Origin: an uncultured Gammaproteobacteria bacterium
Lineage (GTDB): Bacteria; Patescibacteriota; Microgenomatia; Daviesbacterales; UBA10151
Direction of reading: 5' to 3'
NCBI GenBank assembly: GCA_964390595.1
Contig: CAYMIA010000002.1
Location: 27,686 to 91,685, forward strand
Length of the DNA stretch: 64,000 bases
Shown piece by piece: positions 37,748 to 47,408 of this stretch; within the stretch, counting starts at the first letter, position 1; each line of letters opens with the position of its first letter. The notes beneath the pieces were generated by a model, which worked only from the letters and a program-made list of their open reading frames with translations, had not been told where the DNA came from and ran no database searches. Made by a program: the position numbers and the translations under genes.

Positions 37748-39028
37748 ATGAATTTAAAAAACAAAATCAAATCACCCTTCAGATTTATTCAAAGCACTAG
37801 TGACACTCAACTGGTCAGATTTGAAAAAGATCATTTAAAAGAGGTCACCTCCAAACAAGGTTCTAGCTTCAGACTGGAGGTCATCGATAAAAATCAGATC
37901 GGCACTGCTTCCATTAATCAGCCAGATGTTGATGAACTGATCAAAAGAGCGGTCTACTCAGCCAAATTTGGTGATAAAGCTGGATATGAATATCCAAAAA
38001 GTCAAAAATTAGTTTCTCAAACAAAATTATTTTCGCCCAAAGTTAAAAGTGTTACCCCCGAAGAGTTAATGCAAACAGGTAAATTTTTAATCAACTCTTT
38101 AAAAGAGATCAACCCGCAAATTCTAGTTGATGTGCGGTTGAGCCGGTCAACCGGAGAGTCTTTTTTAGAGATCTCGGGCGCTTCAGCTCAAAAAGTTGAT
38201 GAAACTTCATTATCAATTATGATGGAAGGGGAGCTGGTCAGCGAAGGAGACATCTTGTCAATTGGCGATTACTTCGGTTGGAGAGACCATACCTTTGACC
38301 CTGAAAACTTTGCCAAGGGTTTGAAGAACCGTTTCAATTTGGCTAAAAAAATTGTCACCTTGCCAAGCGGTAGCTATCCTGTTATTTTCAGTGAAGACGC
38401 CCTCTCCACAGTTTTGGATTTTCTGATTACCGCCACCTCAGCCGAGTCAGTTTATAAAAAGGTCTCCCGCTTTAGCAATGACTTAGAAAAACCAGTCGCT
38501 GATCCCAGGTTTAGTTTGTTGGATGATCCAACTATCGATTTTGCTGAGGGGTCCTCTGATTTTGATGACGAAGGATCCCCTTCCAAGCCGCTGCCAATAA
38601 TTGAAAATGGAGTGCTGAAAAACTTCTACACTGATTTAAAAAATGCCACCCGTCTAAAAATTTCTCCCAACGGCCGGGGTTTTGGTATACCAGCCTCACC
38701 ATCGCTAACAAATACAATTATTAGTCCAGGCCAAAAGACCTCAGCCGAGTTGATTAAAAATATTAAACACGGGTTGCTGATCGAACAGGTGATTGGTGGG
38801 GGTCAAGATAGTCCTTATGCTGGAGATTTTAGCTTAAATATCCATCTCGGATTTTTGATCAAAGATGGCCAGATAGTTGGTCGGGTTAAAAATGCCATGA
38901 TCTCTGGCAATATCTTCGAGATGATCAAAAATAAACTGGCTGAAATTAGCTCTGATGTGAAATGGTATGGGGGGAGTCAACTGTTGCCTCAGATCCAATT
39001 TGAGGGTATAACTATTGTAGTAAGTTAA
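37748..39028 (+). CDS. pmbA: PmbA/TldE-family protein, partner of TldD
   Basis: Same-fold paralogue immediately downstream, lacking HExxxH. Typical tldD-pmbA pairing. Confidence 0.7.
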   Translation: MNLKNKIKSPFRFIQSTSDTQLVRFEKDHLKEVTSKQGSSFRLEVIDKNQIGTASINQPDVDELIKRAVYSAKFGDKAGYEYPKSQKLVSQTKLFSPKVKSVTPEELMQTGKFLINSLKEINPQILVDVRLSRSTGESFLEISGASAQKVDETSLSIMMEGELVSEGDILSIGDYFGWRDHTFDPENFAKGLKNRFNLAKKIVTLPSGSYPVIFSEDALSTVLDFLITATSAESVYKKVSRFSNDLEKPVADPRFSLLDDPTIDFAEGSSDFDDEGSPSKPLPIIENGVLKNFYTDLKNATRLKISPNGRGFGIPASPSLTNTIISPGQKTSAELIKNIKHGLLIEQVIGGGQDSPYAGDFSLNIHLGFLIKDGQIVGRVKNAMISGNIFEMIKNKLAEISSDVKWYGGSQLLPQIQFEGITIVVS

Positions 39029-39029
39029 A

Positions 39030-39680
39030 ATGACTTCTGCCTCAAAAAAGACCGGTCAATCTCAACTTTTTCATATTTTAGTAATTATAGCCACTGTCTC
39101 ATTTGCTATTCTAACTTTTTTTGCCAAACAAAGCTCCTTTTTTTACTTTGATCTAGTCGTCACGAGATCAATCCAATCATTTAATGCGCCCTGGTTTGAT
39201 AGTTTGATGAGATTTATGAGTCAGATTGGTGACTGGCCTAACTGGGCGTTTGTTTTGTCAATTATCACCGCAATTTTCTGGTATAAAAAAATGATCAAAC
39301 CAGGTTACTTTCTTTTTGTATCAGTTTTGGGTGGACTGGTTTTAAGTGAGCTATTTAAAACTCTGGTTGGACGAGTCAGGCCTGATCCCAATTTAATTCA
39401 TCAACTCGCTCACTTTATTAGATCAGATAGCTTTCCTTCCGGTCATGTCATGTTCGCCACTACCTTATTTGGCTTTTTACTGTTTGATTCAGTCACCCAT
39501 CCAAGAAAAACACCTATATACTATATACTAAATACTATATACTTAATTCTCATCCCAATGATGGGTCTATCCAGAATCTATTTAGGGGCTCATTGGTTCT
39601 CCGATGTGCTGGGGGCTTATCTGTTAGCCTTTTTATGGCTCTCTCTAGTAGTCTTTATCTCCCACCGGTTTAAAGCTTGA
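39030..39680 (+). CDS. PAP2-family membrane phosphatase
   Basis: KTLVGRVRPD (KxxxxxxRP), PSGH, SRIYLGAHWFSD (SRxxxxxHxxxD). Confidence 0.8.
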   Translation: MTSASKKTGQSQLFHILVIIATVSFAILTFFAKQSSFFYFDLVVTRSIQSFNAPWFDSLMRFMSQIGDWPNWAFVLSIITAIFWYKKMIKPGYFLFVSVLGGLVLSELFKTLVGRVRPDPNLIHQLAHFIRSDSFPSGHVMFATTLFGFLLFDSVTHPRKTPIYYILNTIYLILIPMMGLSRIYLGAHWFSDVLGAYLLAFLWLSLVVFISHRFKA

Positions 39681-39726
39681 CTGCAGTCTTAGCCTTCCTT
39701 TATGCTGAAGGTAGTATAAAACTCTC

Positions 39727-41091
39727 ATGCCTGAAGATTTCCTAGAAAAAGTTGCTGAAGCTCCCGCAGTCATGTTGGAAAAAACGCTCTCTGCCTCTGA
39801 TGATATTAACAAAGCCATCAACAAGCACGCCCATATCAAAAAAGCCAAAGCTTTTTGGCACAACCTAGGTCCAGGACTGACAACAGGTGCCGCTGATGAT
39901 GACCCCTCTGGTATCGCTACCTACTCTCAAACCGGTGCCCAATATGGTTTTCAGCTACTTTGGCTCGCCCTGTTTACCTTCCCCTTTATGTCTTTTGTGC
40001 AAGAGATGTGTGCCCGGATTGGTATGGTCACCGGCGAAGGATTAGCTCACAACATCCGGAAGTTTTTTCCGAGGTGGGTTCTGTATACTTGTACTTCACT
40101 TTTGTTTATCGCCAACACGCTAAATCTAGGGGCTGATTTGGGAGCGATGGCCAAAGCCGCTGAGCTTTTAATCAAAGTCCCAAATTCAGTTGTCCTGATC
40201 GCCTTTGCAGTCATCACTCTGGGGTTACAGATTTTTACTACCTATGATAACTTCGCTAAGTATTTAAAATATTTAGCGTTGGTTTTAATCTCTTATATCT
40301 TAACTGCCTTAGTAGTTGATCTGGATTGGCAACAGGTTTTTACCCACACTGTGGTACCCTCAATAACTTTTTCCAAAGATCAAATCGTTTTAGTTTGTGC
40401 CATCTTAGGTACGACGATCTCACCTTATCTGTTTTTCTGGCAAACTTCCCAAGAAGTTGAAGAAGAGATTATGGAGGGTAAGTTAACTGCCGCACAAAGG
40501 CAAGAGATCACACCCAAAGATGTTAAAAATATGCGCCTGGATGTTTGGACTGGCATGTTTGTCTCCAATCTAGTCATGTTCTTTATTATCGCGACTACCG
40601 CGGCCACGCTCTTTTCTCATGGGATTCACAACATTAGCAGCGCCGCTGATGCAGCTGAAGCCCTCAGACCCTTAGCTGGGGATAACGCCTATTTGCTCTT
40701 TACCCTAGGAATTATTGGAACTGGTTTACTTGCTGTCCCGGTTTTGGCTGGTTCAGCCAGCTATGCACTTTCTGAGAGTTTAGGCTGGAAATTTGGCCTT
40801 TACCGCAAACTCAAACAGGCCTCAGCTTTTTATGGAGTTATTATCATCTCTACTTTAATCGGTTTGGTCATTAACTTCATCGGTATTGATCCAATTAAAG
40901 CTTTAATCTATTCAGCAGTCGCCAATGGTTTGGTCGCCCCAGTGGTTTTGGTTCTGATAGTTCTAATTAGTAGCAATAAAAAGGTGATGGGGAAGTGGGT
41001 CAATCATCCAGTGGTCACCGGTTTAGGTTGGGCGATTACCCTCTTGATGATTATGGCTGGTGCCGCTACAATATGGGCACTATTCAGCTAA
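39727..41091 (+). CDS. NRAMP/SLC11-family transporter with non-canonical metal-site residues (NRMT-like)
   Basis: GPGLTTGAADDDPSG...GFQLLWLALF and the TM6 motif GTTISPY. The canonical DPGN and A-MPH residues are replaced by DPSG and ISPY. Confidence 0.75.
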   Translation: MPEDFLEKVAEAPAVMLEKTLSASDDINKAINKHAHIKKAKAFWHNLGPGLTTGAADDDPSGIATYSQTGAQYGFQLLWLALFTFPFMSFVQEMCARIGMVTGEGLAHNIRKFFPRWVLYTCTSLLFIANTLNLGADLGAMAKAAELLIKVPNSVVLIAFAVITLGLQIFTTYDNFAKYLKYLALVLISYILTALVVDLDWQQVFTHTVVPSITFSKDQIVLVCAILGTTISPYLFFWQTSQEVEEEIMEGKLTAAQRQEITPKDVKNMRLDVWTGMFVSNLVMFFIIATTAATLFSHGIHNISSAADAAEALRPLAGDNAYLLFTLGIIGTGLLAVPVLAGSASYALSESLGWKFGLYRKLKQASAFYGVIIISTLIGLVINFIGIDPIKALIYSAVANGLVAPVVLVLIVLISSNKKVMGKWVNHPVVTGLGWAITLLMIMAGAATIWALFS

Positions 41092-41175
41092 AATTTGGAA
41101 ATTACAAATACCAAATTACAAATTCCAAATGAATTCAAAATTTCAAATTCTAAAATTGGACATTGATTTGACATT
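41092..41175. repeat. AT-rich degenerate short tandem repeats (CAAAT / TTCAAA units) in an intergenic region
   Basis: aaattacaaataccaaattacaaattccaaatgaattcaaaatttcaaattctaaaattgg. Confidence 0.5.
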
Positions 41176-41207
41176 TGATATTTGAACTTTATAATTATGT
41201 TAATCAC

Positions 41208-41942
41208 ATGAGGCCATTATTTTACATCTTCGCCAGTATCGTCTTTTTCTTTTTTGTGATGTTTGTTTACATCAAACTGGCGGGTCCTATTCCGTTTTCT
41301 GTTAACTCGGTTACCACGACTAAGTCTGATGCCTTCACTGTAACTGGGGAAGGCAAGTCAAGTATCACTCCCAATCAAGCCACGGTTAGTGTGGGAGTGC
41401 AGGCCAAAGGAGACTCCGCGGAACAGGTCAAAAACCAGATGAATCTAACAATTAATAAAGTGACCGATGCCATCAAAGCCTTAGGGATTGATTCCAAAGA
41501 TATTCAGACCAGTAATTTTAATGTCAGTCCCAGCTATGATTATCCAGCTGGGGTTCAAAAAATTAATGGTTATATGGCCAGCACTAACTTAACTGTTAAA
41601 GTGCATGAAATAAGCAAGGCCAATCAAGTTTTAGATACTGCCATAGCAAATGGAGCCACTCAAGCTGGGGGAGTTCAGCTAGATAACTCCGATCAAACCC
41701 AAGCTGAATCAGAAGCTAGAACTCAGGCCATTGCCAATGCTAAGAAAAAAGCTGAAGCCACAGCCAAAGCCGCTGGTTTTAGATTGGGAAAATTAATTAA
41801 CTACTCAGAAGGGGGTAGTCCAATTAGGCCTTATGCACTGGATAAAGCAGTTAATTCATCTGCGGGATCTGCTCCCACTCAAATTGAACCTGGCCAAAAT
41901 GAAATTACCGTTACTGTCAACTTAAGCTACGAAATCAATTAA
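41208..41942 (+). CDS. SIMPL/DUF541-family secreted protein (BP26/OMP28-like)
   Basis: Signal anchor, then ITPNQATVSVGVQAKGDSA.....IDSKDIQTSNFNVSPSYDYP, typical of DUF541. Confidence 0.7.
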   Translation: MRPLFYIFASIVFFFFVMFVYIKLAGPIPFSVNSVTTTKSDAFTVTGEGKSSITPNQATVSVGVQAKGDSAEQVKNQMNLTINKVTDAIKALGIDSKDIQTSNFNVSPSYDYPAGVQKINGYMASTNLTVKVHEISKANQVLDTAIANGATQAGGVQLDNSDQTQAESEARTQAIANAKKKAEATAKAAGFRLGKLINYSEGGSPIRPYALDKAVNSSAGSAPTQIEPGQNEITVTVNLSYEIN

Positions 41943-42316
41943 TCTTTATCCGCCCAAACTTGTCTAGCTGCCCAAAAAGATAGATGTTCCAATGTTCCAT
42001 GCGCGAGATTTCTATCTTTAGCCTTCTTGGCTGCTAATGCATGAGCGATATCAACCTTCTGGTACTTGCTGATAATTCCTTCCTCCACTAACCTTTGTAG
42101 GCCATAAGCAAACGCTGCTCTTAAAACCCATCTATCCTCTGGGTCAACTCTTTCTCTGGCTTGAGTGACCGATTTCATCGTACCATCAGGAATCTTTGGA
42201 GAGGTGCTATCCAAAGTCATGTCTACATCTCGGGCAATATAAAATGCAGCTGCCTGGGCTGAGTTGGTCACTGCTTCAGTTCGTTCAAAATGACGCATTT
42301 GTGTAGTATAGCACAA
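41939..42316 (-). CDS. Hypothetical protein (125 aa)
   Basis: ORF. Its stop overlaps the SIMPL gene stop convergently. Confidence 0.4.
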   Translation of the reverse strand: MCYTTQMRHFERTEAVTNSAQAAAFYIARDVDMTLDSTSPKIPDGTMKSVTQARERVDPEDRWVLRAAFAYGLQRLVEEGIISKYQKVDIAHALAAKKAKDRNLAHGTLEHLSFWAARQVWADKD

Positions 42317-42371
42317 AGATAAGCCCCAAAAAGTGCATTCGATTCTGACTTAAGTTAAAATAATCAAGTTT

Positions 42372-43313
42372 ATGCAGAATTTTTGGAAAAAATTAAATCA
42401 ACCTTTTTTTGTCCTGGCACCAATGGATGATGTCACCGACGTTGTCTTTCGTGAAATGGTTACCAAACATAATAAACCAGATGTTTTGTTCACTGAATTT
42501 ACTAGCACCGATGGCCTCTGTTCAACTGGTTTTGAAACGGTTTCCAGACGTTTAATGAAAACGGAGTCTCAACACCCAATTGTGGCTCAAATCTGGGGCA
42601 ATAATCCAGAAAGTTATTTTAAATCCGCTCAAATTATTCAGAAAATGGGCTTTGATGGAATTGATATTAATATGGGCTGTCCAGATAAAGATGTCATACA
42701 TAAAGGTCAGTGCAGTGCATTAATCGCTAACCCTGATCTGGCAAAAAAATTAATTACAGCTACCAAAAAAGGTGCTTCTGACATTCCAGTTTCTGTTAAA
42801 ACTAGAATCGGTTTAAGAGAAGTTCAAACAGATGAATGGATCACTTTTTTATTAAAGCAAAATCTAGCCGCGGTCACTGTGCATGGACGAACTGCTAAAC
42901 AGATGTCCAAGGTTCCTGCTGATTGGGCAGAAATTAAAAAAGCGGTCGAGCTAAGAGATCAAATTTCCCCTGCAACAGTGATCATTGGTAATGGCGATGT
43001 CCTGAGTCTAGAGGAGGGGAGAGCAAGAGTTAAGGAAACTGGAGTTGATGGGATTATGATTGGCCGGGGCATCTTTCACGATCCCTGGATCTTTCATCCC
43101 AATGAAAATGTCACTCTAAAGAATCGGTTAGACCTGCTCTTAGAACATACTAAGCTCTTTGTCCAAACTTGGGGTAACACCAAAAACTTTGCTATTATGA
43201 AAAAGTTTTTTAAAATGTACATCAATGGTTTTGATGGCGCCTCAGATATAAGAATCAAATTAATGGAATGCCAAAACTTAAGTGAAGTAGAAACAGTAGT
43301 CAAATCATTATGA
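42372..43313 (+). CDS. dus: tRNA-dihydrouridine synthase
   Basis: FFVLAPMDDVTDVVFREM, catalytic Cys region NMGCP, FMN-binding TVHGRT. Confidence 0.85.
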   Translation: MQNFWKKLNQPFFVLAPMDDVTDVVFREMVTKHNKPDVLFTEFTSTDGLCSTGFETVSRRLMKTESQHPIVAQIWGNNPESYFKSAQIIQKMGFDGIDINMGCPDKDVIHKGQCSALIANPDLAKKLITATKKGASDIPVSVKTRIGLREVQTDEWITFLLKQNLAAVTVHGRTAKQMSKVPADWAEIKKAVELRDQISPATVIIGNGDVLSLEEGRARVKETGVDGIMIGRGIFHDPWIFHPNENVTLKNRLDLLLEHTKLFVQTWGNTKNFAIMKKFFKMYINGFDGASDIRIKLMECQNLSEVETVVKSL

Positions 43314-44143
43314 AGATTGTTGAATATGACAGGGAGAGTTGGCGGGCAAGTCAACCAGTCGAAATTTTTAGAAATTATTTAATTAAGCCGAGTGACAGCG
43401 AGTTGCTTTTTTTCAGTGATGCCCTAAAACAAATAATTTCTGAATCAGGTCATGATATTAAAACTGACTCCATCTCTTGGAAAGATAATAGTCATGAATT
43501 TTTAGATAAACTCTACCGTCAATTAAGTGTCATATTTTGGGCATTAAATGGAGACTTAACAGATAAAACAGTTCTCGATTTAGGTTGCGGAAGCACTCTT
43601 GGTTCAGTTGATATAAAAGAGTATGGCTATACATTTGAGCCTTGGACCTGTCGGGTGCTACATTTAATGGGAGTTAGAACTATTGGAGTTGATGTTGGTG
43701 ATTTGTCAAAAGAAAAATTTGAAACACACTTCCCGGTCGATTTAAGAGATCCTGACGCCTTGATTTTTTTACCAGATGCTAGCGTAGATTTAGTTCATTC
43801 CTCTCAACTGTATACCTCTCCTGAATTAGAAAGACGATCAAGAGGTTTTGTGATGACTTATGGATCAATGGATGCTGGAGAAAGTTTAGCCAAAAATTTG
43901 CTTCCTCAAATCGGACGGGTGTTAAAACCTGACAGACTTTATGTTTATTATGAAAATACCGATTATTTAAAACCCTATCAGCACCTCTGGAACGATGAAC
44001 CCCTCCGTTTTAAAACTATTGACGGATATGGAAAACACTTATCACTAGATGAGCTAGTTGAAACCTATCTGGCTGGTGGTGTAACAACTGGTTCGAAGTT
44101 GCAAGCTCTCTCAATTGCTAAAGGTAAACAAAAACTTGAGTAA
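43310..44143 (+). CDS. Putative class I SAM-dependent methyltransferase
   Basis: Motif I-like VLDLGCGSTLG followed by an acidic residue after beta2 (GVDVGD). Confidence 0.45.
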   Translation: MKIVEYDRESWRASQPVEIFRNYLIKPSDSELLFFSDALKQIISESGHDIKTDSISWKDNSHEFLDKLYRQLSVIFWALNGDLTDKTVLDLGCGSTLGSVDIKEYGYTFEPWTCRVLHLMGVRTIGVDVGDLSKEKFETHFPVDLRDPDALIFLPDASVDLVHSSQLYTSPELERRSRGFVMTYGSMDAGESLAKNLLPQIGRVLKPDRLYVYYENTDYLKPYQHLWNDEPLRFKTIDGYGKHLSLDELVETYLAGGVTTGSKLQALSIAKGKQKLE

Positions 44144-44877
44144 GGCTTAAAAGATTTTAGTTCAGCTTCAGCTCTGGCGTAGTTCCGCTTAACATTTAAG
44201 TGAGCAACTTCGTAGTTGAAGCGGTATGATGGCTCACCATTCTCAATTGAAAAAGTAAAATTTTGCCTCGGATATTTCGAACGCCCAGGTTCGGGTTGAG
44301 GGAAAAAAGCCCCATCTTTAGCGGTCTGGTGTACATTCCGGATACTACAGGTGGTTGGATCCAGATCAATTAAAGTTGTCAGCAGTGTTGACCGGTTTTG
44401 TCTGGCGTTAAACCGAATAAATAAACCAATCATCTCGCCCAGATCTGGAGTAGTCATTATACCAACCATATAATAAGGAAAATCTGAGGGAATTATCTCA
44501 TAAGGTTGCTTAAATGTACCGCCATTTTTCGAAGTTCTCTCACGCTGATGGGTCACTTTATTGGCTGGAGTAATCTCTAAGTGCTTTCTTCCAGAGACCA
44601 AGCTAGTGATCCACAAGTTATAGGAATGTCCAAATTCCAAATTATGTACTAAAGGGTGCTGGGAGCGATGATTATAAAGACTGATATCTATTGGCGTGCT
44701 AGTTTCGGGATACTTTAGGGGAAGGCCTCCTAAAGTCCTTGAGTTATGAGATGCGATTAACACAAGCAAGGGAGGCTCTGGTAATAAATCAGTTAAACCT
44801 TGCCACCAAGCTTGCAAAGTAGCATAACCATCTTTTAGCTTTTGATCAATTTCGGCTCTTTCTTCAATTTGGCCCAT
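44065..44877 (-). CDS. Hypothetical protein (270 aa)
   Basis: Long ORF. Its 3' end overlaps the 3' end of 43310-44143 by 79 nt, convergently. Confidence 0.45.
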   Translation of the reverse strand: MGQIEERAEIDQKLKDGYATLQAWWQGLTDLLPEPPLLVLIASHNSRTLGGLPLKYPETSTPIDISLYNHRSQHPLVHNLEFGHSYNLWITSLVSGRKHLEITPANKVTHQRERTSKNGGTFKQPYEIIPSDFPYYMVGIMTTPDLGEMIGLFIRFNARQNRSTLLTTLIDLDPTTCSIRNVHQTAKDGAFFPQPEPGRSKYPRQNFTFSIENGEPSYRFNYEVAHLNVKRNYARAEAELKSFKPYSSFCLPLAIERACNFEPVVTPPAR

Positions 44878-44917
44878 AAGACTACTGTATTGTAATCAAA
44901 CCAAGCAAAAAAGCAAG

Positions 44918-45331
44918 CTAAAGACTTAGGAAAAAAATTGCAGTCACTGATAATACCAGTCCAATAATTTTGGTAACAGTTAATGATTCATGTAAAAAAA
45001 TTAAAGCTAGTGCTACTGCAAAGGCTGGATAGAGCGCTGTTAAAGGCAACACTGAGGATAGATCGCTTTTCAGAAGCAAGAAATAATAAAACACCAGAGC
45101 CAGAATTGATAAAGCCGAGGCCAGCATCAAAAAAATCAATCCTTGCCTGTCAAATCCAAATCTGCCAGATAAAAAGATTAAGAAATATATCAGTAGTCCT
45201 GGTGTAAATCCCAAAAACCACAACACAATCCCAGGATTTCCCAACTTATCTGCAGTTAGCTTGTCAAAGAAAGCTGAAGTCCCCCAAAAAACAATCACCA
45301 ATATTCCAAACAGTAAAGCCATTGGATTCAT
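44918..45331 (-). CDS. EamA/DMT-superfamily small membrane transporter (4 TM)
   Basis: 137 aa with four hydrophobic helices. GTSAFFDK and LYPAFAVALALIFLHE resemble EamA-domain half-transporters. Confidence 0.6.
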   Translation of the reverse strand: MNPMALLFGILVIVFWGTSAFFDKLTADKLGNPGIVLWFLGFTPGLLIYFLIFLSGRFGFDRQGLIFLMLASALSILALVFYYFLLLKSDLSSVLPLTALYPAFAVALALIFLHESLTVTKIIGLVLSVTAIFFLSL

Positions 45332-45753
45332 GAAGAAATTACGGCGCGGGGTTTGCCCTCGAGAATCTTTTTAACTTGCTCAATGATTTGATCTGGATTA
45401 TAAGCGGATTTAATTAAATAGCCATCTGCCCCAATACGAAAACCCTCCTTAATAATATTATCTGCTCCTAAATTTGTCAGTAGAACGACTTTCATACTTT
45501 TTTTAGTTTCATCACCTTTGACCTTTTTTAAAATCTCCAGACCATTGGTGTCTGGCAGCATAATATCTAGTAACAGCAAATCATAAGTATTGGCAGCCAA
45601 CTTCTCATATCCCTCCTTGCCAGTTCCGACTGCATCAATAACAAAGCCAGCTCTTTGAATATCACTGGCATATAAATCTCGAATAAACTCCTCGTCCTCA
45701 ATCAGTAAGATCTTTTTTTGTGGTTGCATATCTTGAGTATACTCGGACCTCAA
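45328..45753 (-). CDS. Stand-alone response-regulator receiver protein (CheY-like, no output domain)
   Basis: KKILLIEDEEF, phospho-acceptor LLLLDIMLPD, LLTN, YLIKS. Confidence 0.85.
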   Translation of the reverse strand: MRSEYTQDMQPQKKILLIEDEEFIRDLYASDIQRAGFVIDAVGTGKEGYEKLAANTYDLLLLDIMLPDTNGLEILKKVKGDETKKSMKVVLLTNLGADNIIKEGFRIGADGYLIKSAYNPDQIIEQVKKILEGKPRAVISS

Positions 45754-46169
45754 TCAGTATTCAACTGACTGTAATCCATTTTAAAATTTGGATCAATTAA
45801 TAACTTTTGGGCGATTTCCAGCAGCTGTTTAGGTTTTAAACGCACTTTCATGATATATCCTTGGGCCCCTAAATCGTAGGCCTTCTTGACGATCTCAGCT
45901 TGCCCCAAATTAGTTAGTAAAATTACCGGAATATCTTTAGTTTCCGGATCTTTTTTAAGACGCTCTAAAACTTCTAGTCCATTAATATAGGGCAGCATAA
46001 TATCTAAAAAAATCAAATTAGGATGCTCGCGGGCCAGCATCAAAGCCTCATGGCCATCAGCTGCCGGGACTACCTCTATCCCACCGCTTTTGAAGATGTC
46101 TTGATACAACTCTCTAACGTACATCTCATCCTCGATTAAAAGGATTTTTTTGCCTATGAAGTCATTCAT
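45750..46169 (-). CDS. Stand-alone response-regulator receiver protein, paralogue
   Basis: MNDFIGKKILLIEDEMY...IFLDIMLPYINGLEVL...ILLTN...YIMKV. ATG at 46169 is preferred over the longer ORF-track start. Confidence 0.8.
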   Translation of the reverse strand: MNDFIGKKILLIEDEMYVRELYQDIFKSGGIEVVPAADGHEALMLAREHPNLIFLDIMLPYINGLEVLERLKKDPETKDIPVILLTNLGQAEIVKKAYDLGAQGYIMKVRLKPKQLLEIAQKLLIDPNFKMDYSQLNTD

Positions 46170-47331
46170 TGATAGGAGCCATTTTCTGGTTGGTTGAAAT
46201 TGGCAGAGAGAAACTAAAAGTTGAGCCCTTACCATACTCAGATTGAACCCAGATCTTGCCTAAATGCATATCGACAATTGATTTAGCGATATAAAGTCCG
46301 AGTCCGGTCCCCTTACTCCCTTGTTCGAGCTCCCCGGAAACTCTAAAAAACTTAGTGAACATATGTGGTATAGCCTCAGCAGGGATGCCCTCACCAGTGT
46401 CTTTAACATGAGTAATCAGATAGCCATCTTTTTCCTCAAAAAAGACAGAGATCGACCCACCTGGTTTAGTATATTGAACCGCGTTTGATAATAAATTATT
46501 TAACACTTCATTGATCCTAAATTTATCGGCATTAACCCGGGTCCCAACATCCGGCGGATCTTGAATAGTTAAATCCAAATGCTTTTCTGTCGCTTGGACC
46601 TTTAGCTCAGCAACTACTTCTTTAACATTTTCTAACCAAGGTAGCGGTTCAATATGGATAGTTAAAGCCCCCCGCTCAATTCTGGTCACGTTTAGTAAGT
46701 TCTCTACCAATGACAAAATCCGCTGAGATGAAATATCAATCCGGTTCAGTATTTTAACTTGAGTGGTGTCTAAAGTGGTCCGGTAATCACGCATAAAGAC
46801 ATAAACATAGCCCCTCAAAGAAGTGAGTGGCGTTCTCAGCTCGTGAGCCGCCATCGACACAAAATCCAATTTCATCTGTTCTAACTGTTTCTCTTCAGTT
46901 ATGTCGTGAAAAAATAAGATATTTCCTAAATTAGCTGCTTGGCTGCCAGGCACATGAGTAGTCGTTAAATTAACATAGAACTCCCGGTTATTTGAGCCAA
47001 CTAATTTGACCCCTTCTAGATTATTCTTACCGTCCGTATCATCTGCCGAAATTGTACAAAACTCAGTTGCTGGAATCCGTTCAGCTCCTCTGAACATAGC
47101 AATGACTTCATCGATTGATTTGCCAATCACCTCCTCGGCCCGGTAACCAATTAACTGCTCCGCCGCAGTATTTAGCGTCACAATCTGACAAAGCGGGTCA
47201 ACTGCGATCACCGCATCTTCTATCGCTGAAAGAATCAAAGACAGTTGGTTTTTTTGAACCGATAGTTCATCTAGTGAAGTATGTGGCAGGTTAGATTTAG
47301 AAAACCAAAACATCTCACTCTTATGATACAA
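46162..47331 (-). CDS. Cytoplasmic PAS-domain sensor histidine kinase
   Basis: PAS (ILSAIEDAVIAVDP...LNTAAEQLIGY), HisKA H-box MAAHELRTPLTSL, HATPase N/G boxes (LNNLLSNAVQYT, DTGEGIP, GTGLGLYIAK). Confidence 0.85.
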   Translation of the reverse strand: MYHKSEMFWFSKSNLPHTSLDELSVQKNQLSLILSAIEDAVIAVDPLCQIVTLNTAAEQLIGYRAEEVIGKSIDEVIAMFRGAERIPATEFCTISADDTDGKNNLEGVKLVGSNNREFYVNLTTTHVPGSQAANLGNILFFHDITEEKQLEQMKLDFVSMAAHELRTPLTSLRGYVYVFMRDYRTTLDTTQVKILNRIDISSQRILSLVENLLNVTRIERGALTIHIEPLPWLENVKEVVAELKVQATEKHLDLTIQDPPDVGTRVNADKFRINEVLNNLLSNAVQYTKPGGSISVFFEEKDGYLITHVKDTGEGIPAEAIPHMFTKFFRVSGELEQGSKGTGLGLYIAKSIVDMHLGKIWVQSEYGKGSTFSFSLPISTNQKMAPINE

Positions 47332-47408
47332 ACTTGAGCGGCTGTTGTCACTAGTATTTTAGATGTCAAGACTACAAATTTTAAAAAAGGTTGTGTAAAA
47401 TCTTCTCC

